Of a stretch of DNA of 64,000 bases, positions 14,031 to 28,316 are shown in pieces; within the stretch, counting starts at the first letter, position 1, and each line of letters starts with the position of its first letter. The notes under the pieces were generated by a model. That model was not told the origin of the DNA, ran no database searches, and saw only the letters and a list, made by a program, of their open reading frames with translations. The DNA is from the human T2T-CHM13v2.0 reference genome, Homo sapiens: the NCBI RefSeq assembly GCF_009914755.1, contig NC_060927.1; one strand, given 5' to 3'. Made by a program: the position numbers and the translations under genes.

Positions 14031-15400
14031 CCATCATAGAAGTTCTTTTAATGTATATCAATCTAAGGCTTAGAATTTCACATTTACCAGTATTTATTCC
14101 TCACCTCTCATTCACACAGCATTTGAAATCATCATCAGCTCAGACCTCCTGACTTTCATGGAAGGCATCCATGAAATCAAGTCTTTTAAAAAGTCAAAAA
14201 TGATTTCTTTCGCCCAGAGGATTCCAGTCTTTGAACTACACAATTTGGATTTTTTGTTCTGTTTTGTTTTGTTTTTCAGCTAAGAAAGCAAGCACTTCAT
14301 TTCTTAAGCAACCGCACCTCAGCACTAACAACCCCAGCAGACTATCTTTCCCTCAAAATCACAGGACTACTCATAGAATGCTCAGAGCATCACAGAATCT
14401 TACAGAACTCTTTTATAAAGAAAAATATGGCTGTCATCTTTTTATGTCTCTAAGAAATGACAATAATTCAGATTTCAATTCTATAGTGATTTGATTTGAT
14501 CATTTTAAAACAAAGACATAAAATGGTTCATTTATATAACCAGTTGCTAAGAGTGTTGGCATTTTAATAGGCAGCTTATGAAAACATACTTTTTGAAAGA
14601 AAATACTAATATCTACAGAGAGGAAAAGGATGAATGAAGCTCATAAAATTTAACTGCATTTTAGTTTTGATTTGGGAAAGCTGCAAGATCATCCACTTGG
14701 GAAACACAGCAGCTGTATTTCTAAGTCCTGCCTCGTACAGTTCCCCACCAGTTGCTGCCATGAGAGCCCCTTCTCTAGAGGGAGGCGGCAGCATTCGTAT
14801 CTGCTCTCTCCCTGCAACCTGTGCTGCTGAGCTAGTGGAAATCTCAATGATTCAAGGGACTGAATAGAAGTTCCTTTCGTCAAAAAGTCTGACAATTCTG
14901 GGGCCCATGATCTGGGAATGAAATATCTGTCCTAATCCAGCCTGGGGCCAACACACGGTTGTTGATTGCTTTAAAGAACGAAGCACTACCAGCCTTAGCT
15001 GTTTCTCAAGAGAAAACACCTGCTAAGGGCATTTTCATTCATTCCAACTGAGCAGTTTCAAGGATCTAACCAAGAAAGCAGAGCAAGCAACTTCTGGTAG
15101 ATAAGAGCAGACTCTATAGATGCCTTCCTACGCCAAAATACCTACCCCTCCCCCAGCTCACTTGAAAGGAGTGCCTAAATTCCCACCTTAATTCGTCATT
15201 GGATATATTAAAGAAAATATTTAAAAGTTCCCTAACAGGCAGAGCAAAATCCATGAAGTCAAATCATATAGTATTATCTTAGCAAGAATGTTATTTTAAA
15301 ATAGCATATTCTATACTATTAAACATGTAATATTTTAAAATATATTTTATTACTTGTCATATACATTTGAAATATTAAAATTATATCATAAAATATATTT

Positions 15401-15615
15401 TTATTAAGGGCTTATGTGCCAGAGACTGTCACCAGTGATTCATATACCTTATCTTAATTAATCCTCACTTGTTTCAAGGCAGGTACCAGTGTCCACATTT
15501 TACACATGAAGAAACAAAAGCCTGGACTGGCTAAATAACTAATCAAAAGCTACTCAGCTAGTAAGAGGCAGAACTGACTCCCCAACGCAGAGATCTAACA
15601 TACTCCACTGCCTCT
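15401..15615 (-). mobile_element. MIR
   Basis: TATGTGCCAG..TTAATCCTCAC..CATTTTACA.ATGAAGAAAC..CAGCTAGTAAG.GGCAGAACTG. Confidence 0.75.
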
Positions 15616-15713
15616 CTCTAAGCAGAATTCAAAGGAGGACAAAGGAAAAGAAAGGTACTAAGTTCAGGAGACACTGATTTGTATATTGAAAAATAAAGTA
15701 TTATTGTCTACAA

Positions 15714-15878
15714 TGGTAGTTGTGAAAGTTGGCAGCTGATTGGAATCACTGAGGGCATTTTTTCAAATAGTGGTGCCTGGGTCCGAGCCCCCTCCCCCTC
15801 CCAATTCTGATTCTAATTGGCATTTTCAAACACTCCCCAGGTGATTTTAATGTAGAGTCATGGTTGGAAATCACCATC
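15714..15878. mobile_element. MER5A-like (hAT-Charlie)
   Basis: GAATCAC..TGCCTGGGTCC..ATTCTGATT..GCATTTT..CTCCCCAGGTGATTTTAATG. Confidence 0.65.
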
Positions 15879-15955
15879 TAGAAGGATTTGGAGTAGAACT
15901 TAAACGTTCATAGAGGACGCTTAGTGAACAAACAAGGTTTTAGAAATTTCTAGAA

Positions 15956-16145
15956 CAGGACTATCCAAAAAAAAAACACTTTCAGTGATGAAAAAGTTCC
16001 ATAATCTGCACTGTCCAATGTGGTCGCCAATGGCAACAATGGCTACTGTGACTAAGGAGATGAATTTTACATTTCATTTCATTTCAATGAATTTATATTT
16101 AAATAGCCACATGGGGTAGTGGGAACTGTACTGGACAGCACAGCT
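15956..16145. mobile_element. MER3 (hAT-Charlie)
   Basis: ACTTTCAGTGATGAAAA..ATCTGCACTGTCCAAT..TTTAAATAGCCACATG..TGGACAGCACAG. Confidence 0.75.
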
Positions 16146-17724
16146 GCAGAGATCTGTCAATGTGCCTCTGCTTTATTGATGAAATGTGTCAACTGAGATG
16201 TTGACCGTAAACAAAGTGGCAAGTACATGAGCTCCTACTGTCCATATCAATTATTTGACATGACCGATTGTCCAAAATGGAGCTTTGTTAACAAGTCAGA
16301 TGCTCTGAGTAGCTAACAGGGGAAAAAAAAAAAAAAGATCAATGCCATGGAAAATATGTCAAATATATTTAGCTAAATACTCTTTAAGGACATAATTCTT
16401 CAGGTCAGTGTTAATTTGCTCCCTATAATGCAAGAACCAGTTGCTAGCCATGGCCAGTATAAATGCCAATATCATCACAGTAATGCAGAGGAAAGAAGAG
16501 AATTTAGGGATGTAAAATGTTTTGTCAACAACTTCTGCTGTTACTGTGGGTCAAAAGAATCTTTTCTTTCATCTTCATATCTTTGGCACCTACTCCAGTA
16601 CTTCAAATATCTATTCAACGGACTAAAAAATAATTTAATGATAGCGGAATAATGGAGCATTTATCCATTATCTTGCATATTGTAGTCAATCATACATGCA
16701 GAATAAAAGGGTTTGGACATAAATTGCAATTCATAAAAATTACCAATATGTCTCACTTTTATTTCAATAAAAATTTGTTTCCTACTTAGGTGCATAACAT
16801 GCCTGTGTACCGAGCTATTATACATTCCTTAATTTGAACTACATGACTACATATGTCAATGGACTAATTCTGAAGATGTGCATATTCCCCAAAATTTTGA
16901 TATAAAACTATATGCTTTTTTAAAGGTTTCAGATTATTTGAATTTTGTATATCAGATGTTCACATATATTATATCTGAACTTAATTTAATTTAGAAATGC
17001 TCTGCAGTAAATTATACTTAGCTAATTGTACGTATAAATCCCTCCATAGTTAAAAATAATTTTATTATATTCTGAATGGAGCTTGCAAAAAAGAAAACAT
17101 CATTTATGGCTCTACATTTGCCTTTATACGCAGTAATACTAAAACCCAGGCATGGTACCAATCTACATGAAAACAAGAGCTTAGCTTCAAAAATTAAACT
17201 GCCTGGAGAGGAAAAGCTAAAAACATACTGATATACTTCTTGGTCCAATAATATACTCGCATTTCCTCCCATTTTTCCAAGATGAAGCCAGGTTAACAAC
17301 TGAGAAGTGTTAGAACAAAAAGAGGGAGAGTGATTAATGACACTGAAAATGTGTAAAATGTGCTCAATTCATCAGTTGCTTTGAGGACACAACTCTTTTG
17401 GACCATTCCTATTCTGCTCTATGTCATCAAAGTAACAACTACTGCTGTGGCCTCAGTAAACACCACTTTTATCACAGTAACAAAAAAGGAGGCTTTGCCT
17501 GTGTTTTTAAGCTAATGACATTGCAAATGTAATAGAACAAGACACAATGGTCTAATAAAAAAGAAAAGCTAATCGTAAAAGAAATTTGGACTACGATAAT
17601 GGCTTAAAACAGTCAATTCCAAAGCAAGAGACCATGGTAACTAATTGTTCCATTCTAGTTACACAGGGAAAGCCAAAAGACATAATGCATTAACTGCAGT
17701 TAGAAAACAACTAAGTAAAATTAT

Positions 17725-17726
<2 letters not shown>

Positions 17727-17758
<32 letters not shown>
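17727..17758. repeat. (GT)n microsatellite
   Basis: Seen directly. Confidence 0.95.
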
Positions 17759-17759
<1 letters not shown>

Positions 17760-17959
17760 TCTCTTTGACTTTCCTTTGTTAAACAGAATTATTTTTAAAT
17801 CTGCAGTCCTTAAAACACATACACACACAATATTCTATGTTACTCAAACACTGTCCCAGTCCAGAAAACACTGATTAATTAGTCCTCCATGAGTTATCAC
17901 ATACATTTTTCTACCAAGCATTCACTGTGCTATTTTGGTTAGTTTCTATGTCTGTCTCA

Positions 17960-18540
17960 ATTTAATTCAACAAATACTTACTGAGGCTCCATTTGCCAAG
18001 CACCATACCAGGTGCTGGAGACCTGATAATAAACATGGTAAGTTTCCTGGTCTGATGGAACAGCATCTAGATTTACAGCTGAATAAAGGGCTGAGTGTTA
18101 AAGAGAGTAAGCACAGCGTGCAGTCAGAACAAATAGGGGGGTCCAACCCAGACGTGGGAGAAAGGAAAGACTTCCCAGAAGATGCAGCCCAAACAGTGAA
18201 TCCACGTTAGCCACAGAAGATGCAGAGGGGCAGAGGGTAAGGAGTTGAGAGCACTGCTGGCCCAAGAAATGACTTGTACAACAGCGCAGCAATGGACAAA
18301 ACACTGCATGAAGGAGGAACCCAACGTTTAATAACTCAAGGGGAAGGCAGGGAGTTCAAGATGAGGCCAGAGAATAAGCAGGAAGTAGTCACTGAAGAAC
18401 TCATACATCTTATTGAGGAGTTTCAACTTTTATTCTGAGAGCACGAGGGCACCAGATTTGAGTTTTATAGGACAATTGTTACAGCAGCCTTGCACAGAGA
18501 AGACTGGAGCGTGCAGGAAGCCAGAATGCAGAAGACTCCT
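17960..18540 (-). mobile_element. L2 fragment
   Basis: ATTCAACAAATACTTACTGAG..CCAGGTGCTGGAGA.. L2 3' end in antisense, followed by G/A-rich L2 body. Confidence 0.7.
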
Positions 18541-18690
18541 AGAACACTAGCTCCCAGAAAGTAGTTTATCACGGCTCAACAAAAGATCAATAACATTGAT
18601 TGAATTCCATTCATACTAGAAAACATATCTATTTAACTGTACCCTCAGAAAAATTTATAATTCTATCATGCTTTATTAACAAGGCATATG

Positions 18691-19006
18691 GTCCAGGAAC
18701 AGTGGCTCATGCTTTGTAATCCCAACACTTTGGGAGGCTGAGGAGGGCGGATTACAAGGTCAGGAGTTCGAGACCAGCTTGGCCTACATGGTGAAACCCC
18801 ATCTCTATTAAAAATACAAAATTAGCGGGGTGTGTTGGAGCATGCCTATAATCCCAGCTACTCAGGAGGCTGAAGCAGGAGAATCACTTGAACCTGGGAG
18901 GCGGAGGTTGCGGTGAGCCAAGATCGTGCCACTGCACAGCCTGGGCAAAAAGAGTGAATGAAATTCCACCTCAAAAAACAAACAAACAAACAACAACAAC
19001 AAAATA
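18691..19006 (+). mobile_element. AluS with (AAAC)n tail
   Basis: TSD AACAAGGCATATG at 18678-18690 and 19007-19019. Confidence 0.95.
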
Positions 19007-19283
19007 AACAAGGCATATGATCTCCCAGCAACAGAATATGCGATTTTAACTGTTTTATCATTGCTTAATTCACTTGACCTAAATTTTATGCACTGTACCC
19101 CTTCCCTCCACCCTCACATTGGTCATCCTAGTGACCAATGTATACAAGTGAATAACAGCAGGACAGTTAGGGCTAGAGAGATCTTCCTTCAAACCAAGTT
19201 AACTCATTTATTTACAAAGTTGATTACATCAACTTAAATGCTGAAATCCACCCCAGCATTAAGGCAAAAAAAAGTAAGGTTGA

Positions 19284-19616
<333 letters not shown>

Positions 19617-20337
19617 TCAACAGAAACTATCAATTCAGAAATTGCTAAGAAGAATTATGTATCTTTATATTAAGCAAATATACCAAATATACTGCACTGG
19701 CATGTGTATATAACTCAAGAATCATCCCACTGGACAACTGGGATGTTGTCCCAGCATTTTATTAATCAGTTGATTGACCTTTGAACAGACTTACTAGAAT
19801 ACCTGACAATCAGCAACCAAACAGAAACAAATCTTTACTTCCACACAAGCAAGGTTTCAAAGTGAGAAAAAAAAACTGCCACACTTGTAGGCAGTGTTAT
19901 TTACTGTGGCAATTTTTTTCAGCCTTTCAGCTTGCACTGCATAGAATTTACCATTATCAGGGAGATCCTCAGAGAGGAGACCCTGGTGCTTTTCTGCTAC
20001 AGTTTTAGAAGCTTGTTCATTCATTATCCTCTGAGATTTATCCAGGATTTCTTGCTGTTTACAGCCTATCTGTGGTGATCACATCTCATCTCCAGTCACA
20101 TGGGCAGTGCGATCCTCCATGTCAAGGGGCTGATGGATACAAGGGGTAGTTATGGCATAGGGATCTCTTTTAAGTCGAGGAGTACTGCGTCCACCCTACT
20201 TTAGAAACATACACATTAGGCGTCCTTAATCTTTCGGGGTCATGAGCCTATGGTGTCACAACTCCCTAGAATCACAAAATATTGAAAGCAATTTCTTAAG
20301 TCTATTCATGCACCCCTCAATGTAGGTGGATTACCTA

Positions 20338-20830
20338 GGATTCTTCAGGTCACAAGAAAAAGGAAATCTAAATCAAACTAACTCAAGTTCCCTAACCCCC
20401 AGGACTCTGTTGTCTTAAGTAAATAATGTGCTTCAGGCACATTTTGAGTAGTCTGCATCATCAAGGCTCTCTTCACTTGGGGCTTTATTTTTAGGATCCC
20501 TGTGTTAGTACCATAGCAACTAACTGTTCCAGGTCAATATCATCCCAGATTCAAGGCCACAGGAAAGAAGGTGGTACCCTTCTCCTGACACACCAACAAA
20601 ACTCACAGTAATAATTCTAATTTTTCTGACTGGGTCACATGCTTGTCCCTGAATCAATCACTGTAGGCAAAACGATGTTATTCTCTATTTGCCCAATCTT
20701 GGGCCACATGCTGACCCCAGGAGCCGGGGGTCAAATCTGCAAAGGAAAGGGTGGTGGTGGTAGTTAAAGTAAATCTAGGAGGCTCTTGGGGGAAGACAGG
20801 TGCATGGGTGCTAGTTACAAACTCCCAATC
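20338..20830 (-). mobile_element. Old MLT1 (K/L-like) MaLR LTR
   Basis: GGGTCACATGC..TCCCTGAATCAATCACTGT motif and AAATC..AACTAACTCAAG start. Confidence 0.55.
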
Positions 20831-21940
20831 TACAGACTGAATTTAAGTAGACTAAACCTTTGCATTGGAATCTTAGTATCACAGGATTGTAGAACTCAAG
20901 GAAACAAAGTGATCTTAACCAGCAATTCTCAAAGTATGAACCTGGGGTCCTGGAGGTCCTGAGACCTTCTCTGGACTCCCCAAGATTGAATCATTCCCCT
21001 GCCCTGTTTCAGGCCCCGAGGTCTGCCAGAGTTTGGTCATAGCATATATGTTTATGTGACTGGTATCCTCCCCATGACTACAAGCTCCATATAATTAACG
21101 TCCACGTCTGCCATGTCTGCTGCACGCCTGGCATGCTTCCTGGAAGTCAACAGTGTCTCCTGGATGAGAAACTGAATACATTAAAATACAGCCATAACAC
21201 CTGGATATTTCCTTGGATCTTTATCTGCAAATGCTTTCTTACCAAGTGAACCACTAAAGACTTTGTCAATCCAATCTTCTCAGAGGTCTAAGATGTTACA
21301 AAAGTAAAGACATTGGATTCTTACCCACCAGCATGGCTCTAGCAGCTATTATGACAAAGCACAGAAATCACTCCGAACCTACAGCCAATGTCAAACCAAA
21401 AGAAGCAACATCATCATCACAATACAGTCATCAATTTACCTGGGCAAAGGGGATGCTTGGTTCCCCTAGGACTTCACATATTCAGATGTGGGCAAAATTT
21501 AAGACAAGCAGCTAAGATACCAGAGGGCAGAGAGTGAGACGTCAGTGATGATAAGGCAACTCAAACCCTAACAAGGCATGATGGCTTAGACACACTAATA
21601 AACCCTGAGACAAATATGATTTTTCAGAAGTTCTTTTCCACATTTCAAGATGACCATTTCAACCTGACCAGATCACTCCTTTTATTCATTCATACAAAGA
21701 TGGAAGGCATCAAGTGCCTATAACACCTACCAACCTAAAGGAAATACAGAGAGCAGAGGAACATGTAAACTAACACCACAGGGATGGGATCAGGTAATCC
21801 ACACTATGGGAAACTACAGGGCAAACAACCCAGTTTCTTCAAATATAAATTCCAGGAAGAAAGAGAGATGAGGAAGGTCAGGAAGGAGGGGAGAAATGAA
21901 AAAGGAATTTAACAGATAAAAAGAAACATAAAAGACCAAT

Positions 21941-22666
21941 TGTATTAGACTGTATATTCAGTTTTGTATATTGCTATAAAGAAATACCTAAATCCAAGGC
22001 AGGCAGATGACTTGAGGTCAGAAGTTTGAGACCAGCCTGGCCAACATGGTGCAACCCCGTCTCTACTAAAAATACAAAAATTAGCCGAGTGCGGTGGTGC
22101 ATGCCTGTAATCCCAGCTACTCCGGAGGCTGAGCCAGAAAAATCACTTGAACCCAGGAGGCGGAGGTCGCAGTGAGTTGAGATGGCACCACTGCACTCCA
22201 GCCTGGGCAACAGAGCGAGACTCTGTCTCAAAAAAGTAAAAAATAAATAATAAATAAATAAAAAGAAATACCTGAGGCTGGGTAATTTATAAAGAAAAGG
22301 GGTTTAACTGGCTCACAGTTCCACAGGGTGTACAGGAAGCATGATGCTGGCATCTGCTGGGCTTCTGGGGAGGCCTCAGGAAGTTTACAATCATGGTAGA
22401 AGGTGAAGGGAGAGCAGGTACATCTTACAATGGCAGGAGTATGAGGAAGATAGAGTGTGAGGGTAGAGGTGATACTCACTTTTAAACAATCAGAGCTTGC
22501 GAGAACTCACTATTGAGAGGACAGGACCTAGTGGGATGGTGCTGAACCATTTGTGAACCATTGCTGAACCTGCATGATCCAATCACTCCCACAAGGCCCA
22601 AACTCCAACACTGGGGATTACAATTTGACATGAGATTTGGTGGGGACACAGATCCAAACCATATCA
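21941..22666 (-). mobile_element. MSTA MaLR solo LTR
   Basis: TGTATTAG...GAGGCTGGGTAATTTATAAAGAAAA..GGCTCACAGTTC..AAACCATATCA; 5-bp TSD CCAAT/CCAAC. Confidence 0.88.
21990..22261 (+). mobile_element. 5'-truncated AluS inside MSTA
   Basis: TSD AAAGAAATACCT at 21978-21989 and 22262-22273. Confidence 0.92.
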
Positions 22667-23049
22667 CCAACCAAATACAATGTGTGCACCTCACTTAGAT
22701 CCTTATTCAAACAAAGAGAAAAAATATTTTGCAACATTTGGCAATTAGTAATTTGAATACTGGATATTTGACAACTAAGGTATTACAGCTAAATTTTTTA
22801 ACTTTAACTGTTTTAATCACATATATTTAAAATACCCCTCTTAGATGTAAATATTGAAATATATATCATATAAAGTGATTTGACATCTAAAAATTATTTC
22901 ATAATAAAATAGGAAGGATGAAGCTAGTGGGCCTGGACAGAATTAAGCAGAGTTTGCAAAAGTGGATGACGGTACAATGGGGTGTCTTATGTTATTCTGT
23001 CTACTCTTTCTATGGTCCATTATATTTTCTAGAGGAAAAGGAAAAAAAC

Positions 23050-23155
23050 TTCCTCAAAAGCAGGGATGTTAGCTATCTTGTTCTGTTCTATTTCCAGTGC
23101 CCAGCACAGTTCCTAATACATAGTAGGAGCTCAATAAATATTTGTTAAATGAAAG
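23050..23155 (+). mobile_element. L2 3' end
   Basis: GCAGGGA..TCTTGTTC..CCAGTGCCCAGCACAG..ATAGTAGG.GCTCAATAAATATTTGTTAAATGAA. Confidence 0.8.
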
Positions 23156-23481
23156 AGAGAACATTTCTTATTCATTCCACTAGTCCAAGGCTCATGGGAG
23201 CAATGTGGTATGCCATATAAAGCTATATAAAGCCTTCCACAGACTGCTTCTCCTGACACACACATTGCATACACTGTTGTCAACAACCTATCTTTATTCT
23301 CTTTCTCACTGTCATTACTGTTACACCTCCAGGTGGCTTCTCCTGCAGTACTGACAGCTTTTATACCTAATCTCTATTTTTATGAGAAGGCAATAAAACT
23401 GAGAAAAATCCTACCCAAAGCAATCTACTTTTAAAAAATAAAAAATATTTATTGAGCCTGTACAATGTGCCAGAGCTGACC

Positions 23482-23525
23482 TATAAGCACTGAGGATGCT
23501 TCGTATAAGCACTGAGGATGCTTCG
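23482..23525. repeat. Perfect 22-bp tandem duplication
   Basis: TATAAGCACTGAGGATGCTTCG x2. Confidence 0.95.
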
Positions 23526-23589
23526 TGAACCTTCCATTTTTAACGATGGACACACACCTCCTTCCCCAGTTTCACCATATGAGAGGTCA

Positions 23590-23720
23590 TAGTGCACACT
23601 GGACTCCAGAATTTAAGAAACTGGGTATGAATCTTGGTTCTGCCACTTACCAGATGGTAGGACATTGGGTGAATTATTTAAACTGTGCCTCTGTGTCCTC
23701 ACTGATAAAATGAAGAATCT
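23590..23720 (+). mobile_element. MIR
   Basis: CTGGGT.TGAATCTTGGTTCTGCCACTTAC..TTATTTAA..CTGTGCCTC..TAAAATG. Confidence 0.75.
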
Positions 23721-25054
23721 TTTAAAATCTATTTCCTAGAGTTCCTACCACAATGCCAAGTACAAAACAATCAATCAGGTTACTGATTATTTTTACCACA
23801 CAATTTTTTTCCTTAGGAAAATTTTAAGAATTGTTTTAATTAAAAAAGGAATAAAAGTTATTTTGCCAAGTCACCCATGCCTAGCCTACGTCCCTGTGAA
23901 TTTGGAACTTGACATAATTTCAGGAATCCCTGCTCTGCCTTTTCCCTAAGCCCATGTGGGATCTTGGAGGACGGATGTAAATAATGGCCAGAGCTGCAGA
24001 TGTGCAAATAGTAGGGCTTGCTTTCACATCACATCTGGCCTGCTTTCCAATTCCTAGGTGGCCAAGAGTGATTCACAAGTCCAAAGCAACATGTCTTCAA
24101 TGAACATATACCATTACATGAGTGGGAGAAAAACGAGGGGCCCAGCAGGTATAGAGGCCCCAGGAGAATTCCCAAACTACAGCTGTTAGAAAACATGTGA
24201 ACGGTGCTGGAGACCTTAAGAAAGCTGCATATACAAGCCAACTAAGTTGTAGAAAGAATTTGTGTGTCTTTATCTTCAAAAATAAATCTGTCCTCTGCTA
24301 TCAGCTGACCCAATCTCTTTCCAACATTAATGAATTCATGAATTGAACAAAGAGACACAGTAGCCCTCCATTCCCTCCTTAAGTTGTCTGCCTAAATACC
24401 TTCTACATCTAATGCAGCATTCAGAGCTTGGGGGTTTTACCCAGAAAGGCCATGTTACTACAAGTCATGGCTATTTTCTTGCCTACCAATAATTTAACCT
24501 CTTAGTAAGTTATAAGAAATATCTCTTTACTGAAAAATGTCATATTTTTTTCTGTCTTAACCTCTTTTGCTACCAGACACCAAAGCATCTGTGGGAATAT
24601 TTTAAAATGTTGTAAGAGTACATGGATACTAAATACTTCAAAATTATTCCCTGAAAGAAGCATGTCTGTACTCCCTGCCCCCAATGAGCAAACACACACA
24701 CAAATGGCTTACGGTAAAACACCCATAAAGTAAAGAAGAGGGAAGAGTAACTTATCTTCAAAAGCGCAGACACAGAAAATGTATGAAGCGCTCTTAGAAA
24801 GCATATTGGTCTGAGATGTTTTAAAAGTTTATCTTTGAAAATCTAAGCCTGAGGTTACTTTTGGGAAAACTAATTTAAGCATGAAAAGAAGAGAGCTTAT
24901 AGCTTATCAATTAAACATTTTGGCCCATGGCACATTCTTTGTTTCCACTAACAGGCAGGGACTCTTCTCATCTTTAGAATCTATCTCCCATTTGAACAAT
25001 ACTTCTTTTAAAGAACTATCCTTAAAATCAATTATTTAAATACTTTAACCTAAG

Positions 25055-25252
25055 CAGTGGTTGTGCTGAAGCTGGCTTGTATTGGCTCACAAAAGTAGCA
25101 CTTCTCCCCAACTTCGCATTCAGTGACTTCATATTGGTAGTCTGAAATCAACCATGGTGGATACATTGACACCATGGAAATCGGCAAGTGCTATAAATCA
25201 GAGCTCTTTCTTCCCTAGAGAGTCAGTAGTTAAATACTTCCTAGCTACTAGT
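25055..25252. mobile_element. MER63A-like (hAT-Blackjack)
   Basis: CAGTGG.TGTGCTG...TTGGTAG.CTGAAATC..CCATGGTGG..ACACCATGGAAATCGGCAA.TGCTA.AAATCAG. Confidence 0.7.
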
Positions 25253-25406
25253 GAGGCTAAAATGCCCATCAAAAGGGAAATGTTAAATTATGGCACAGTT
25301 ATGCAATGGACTTCTAAAACACCTAAAAGGTAACATAAAACTATATATTCATCAATGAGGAAAGGTGTCAACAGTATTTTTAAGTTAAAAATATAGATAA
25401 TTTTCA

Positions 25407-25714
<308 letters not shown>

Positions 25715-27049
25715 TTATATATATATATGCATATGTATTTTATAGGTATACCACTTTAGTAGTTGTATATATGTGTAGATGTGTATGTGCACATATATAC
25801 ATGCATGGTATACACATATACATGCATGGAAAAAAATACACCAAATGGTAAAAACACATTATCAATGACTGGAAGGATTATGACTGAATTCTGTTTGCTT
25901 AATTTTACTTTTCTGAATTTTGCAAAGTTTTTAGAATGAACAGCTATTATTTCATAACAGGTAGGAGATCATACTAAAACTTAAATAAAAAGAAATCAAT
26001 ATTATTATACTGGCATAAGCATATGCATTTCAATGCCAGTATTATGAGCTACTTATATTTGGGATAAGAAGTAGAAGGGAATATTATTTTTAAACATGTG
26101 TTGAAAGAGACTGGATATCAGCATTCTGTGCAAATTCTTACCTGTTACTTGTGCCTAAATGAGCTTTCATCTGCCTCTGGGCTAATTAAGTATGGCTACT
26201 CAGTCTGATGAAACTTTGAAAACAAAACATATACAATTGAGAAGAATATTTTTCTTACTGACCTTAGTTATTATTACATATGCTGGCCTTCATCATTCAA
26301 CAATTGGTACATTTTGTGCCCAACTCACAAGACCAGACCAGCCTGACATTTATCAGCATGGATTTTAAAAAATTGTCTCTAATTACATTAAGGGCACTGT
26401 ATTGAGACATCAACGCTTTTGCAATAAGGATATGCTAACCATCTCAGATCCTCCATAAACCCTTTGTAGTGGGTTTTAAAGATGGAAAACACGACTAACT
26501 TTAGATTTCAAATAGTTCTCTTTCTAACAATTTTTAAACACATTATCAATAACATTACTGAGAGGAATAAGGAAGCCTTTAAAAATAAATAAAAGGAAAT
26601 TCATCCATTCTAATAGCACTGCTCTCAGCAATGTTCTTCAGTTTCTCTTCATATTACCTGACCTGCTCTAATATGAATTTGTGCCACCATCCCCCGGTCT
26701 GCTGCTCCTATAACAATGTTTCCTTATTTCTCAAAGAAGTTCAGCATCAACCTTGGGGTTCACTTTCTATAATCCAAAGTAATCACCTGATTAAAGGTTT
26801 TTAAAGTAAGGATTTGCTTTATCCAGTCCCAAGGAACCAGGGGCTGGTTATAAATCTAAACTTTCACAACTATCTGGGTAGCTCTCCTTTTTTTTCTTTC
26901 CTATATTCTGTGCTTCTCCCTGATACAGGAACAAAACAGCAACATTCATGACCAAGAGCCTAAGAGACTTTCAGAATGTCGAAAGTTGATGCCAAATTGG
27001 GAAGTAAGACAGTAAGTGGGGAAGACGTAGGAGACAAAAACAACTACTT

Positions 27050-27275
27050 CCATTTATTAATCACTTTACACTATGCTAGGCACAGCACAAAGAATATTAC
27101 AAAAAAAAACATTTTAAAGTCTCTTTATGTTCATAAACCTCTTCAAGAGGCAATATTATCACTTGGAACTTAGCAAAATGACATAATGCCAAAGTCACAC
27201 ACAGCTAGTTAACAACACAGCCAAACTGCTCTTGCTCCGAAGCCCACTGCCTTAAGCTCTATACTCTGCTCCCTC
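27050..27275 (-). mobile_element. MIR fragment
   Basis: CATTTATT..ACTATGCTAGGCAC..GCCAAAGTCACAC..AGCTAGT. Confidence 0.6.
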
Positions 27276-28316
27276 CACGCAGTCCAGGGTCTAAACTTTG
27301 AAACGCCTTGGACCTAGGATGGCTGAATCAAAAGGGTCAAACACAGATGGGTCAGACGCACCCTTACTTCAAGGTCTACTCAACTACATTCTCCTACACT
27401 AAAGTCCCAAGCTACAAACTTTTGGCATGGAAGAAGCTGCATAATGTTATTGTGATAATTATTACAGAGAGGGATATTTTTTCTCTTGTCTCTTGTCAGT
27501 ACTCAGAAGTATATTTATATTCACATTTATATAACATTTAAGTTATTTTCCCATTATATTATTCTAATTGCCTGCAGCAAAAAATTTTTTAATGTTATAT
27601 GTAAAATTAATAGCATCTTTATGTCTATCATGAAAACAGTCAGGCTGAAATCCATCCAAAAAGATTCCCTGAACATTTCCTTCCAGATGAACCAGGAACC
27701 ACTCACTCACTCACACAAAATACATGTTCAACTAGAGTTGATTTTATAAGATATTAATTAACATAGCTTCATTCTGCAGTGACAAGAGCCCATCTGCTTT
27801 CTTGGCATTGGAGAAGTGATGGACTTCAAATCAGCTTAAGGGAGGCTTGAGTCTGGAATGATTTCCATCTGCAACTAGTTCTTATCTAGTTCTACTTTTC
27901 ACTGTTAACTCAGCATATCTCATCAGACTTCTTCAACTGGCCAGAGGAGGACCATCAGGTTCTGTCCAAACCTGGTGAACATCAAGCACCAACATCACAG
28001 GCTAACTGTGGAGCTGAACTTTTATAGGAGGAAGGAGAAGGTCTATCCCACAATAAGATTTCTCACCCCCCAAACTCAAACACTTTTTTATGGCTAAATC
28101 CAGTCTCTGCACTGTTGTAGTTCTCCAGGGTAGTATATCTCACATCTATGTATTCTTTAAACAGCCCCTTTTTTCAGTTAGCAGTAAGATGGGAGACTGA
28201 AAGAAAAGGAATGAGCCCTATTGATGTCACTAAGTGGTTAATGATAATGCTGTACTTTCCAAACCCCAAGGGCAGAAATCTAAGCAAATTAACACAGTTT
28301 CAAGTTTTAAAGTCAA

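Larger units (their letters stand above)
21700..23020 (+). mobile_element. Old L1M (L1MC/ME) 3' region, interrupted by MSTA
   Basis: CAACCAAATACAATGTGTG.ACCT..GATCCT.ATTCAAACAAA..TGGATATTTGA motifs continue across the LTR. Confidence 0.6.

Noticed and set aside
14770-14795. CTCF-like TCTCTAGAGGGAGG
   Set aside because: Three mismatches to the core motif; too weak
26142-26213. Possible 72-nt minus-strand exon (TTTTCAAAG acceptor, CAG|GTAAG donor)
   Set aside because: Stops in all three frames, and such splice-like pairs occur often by chance; needs junction reads
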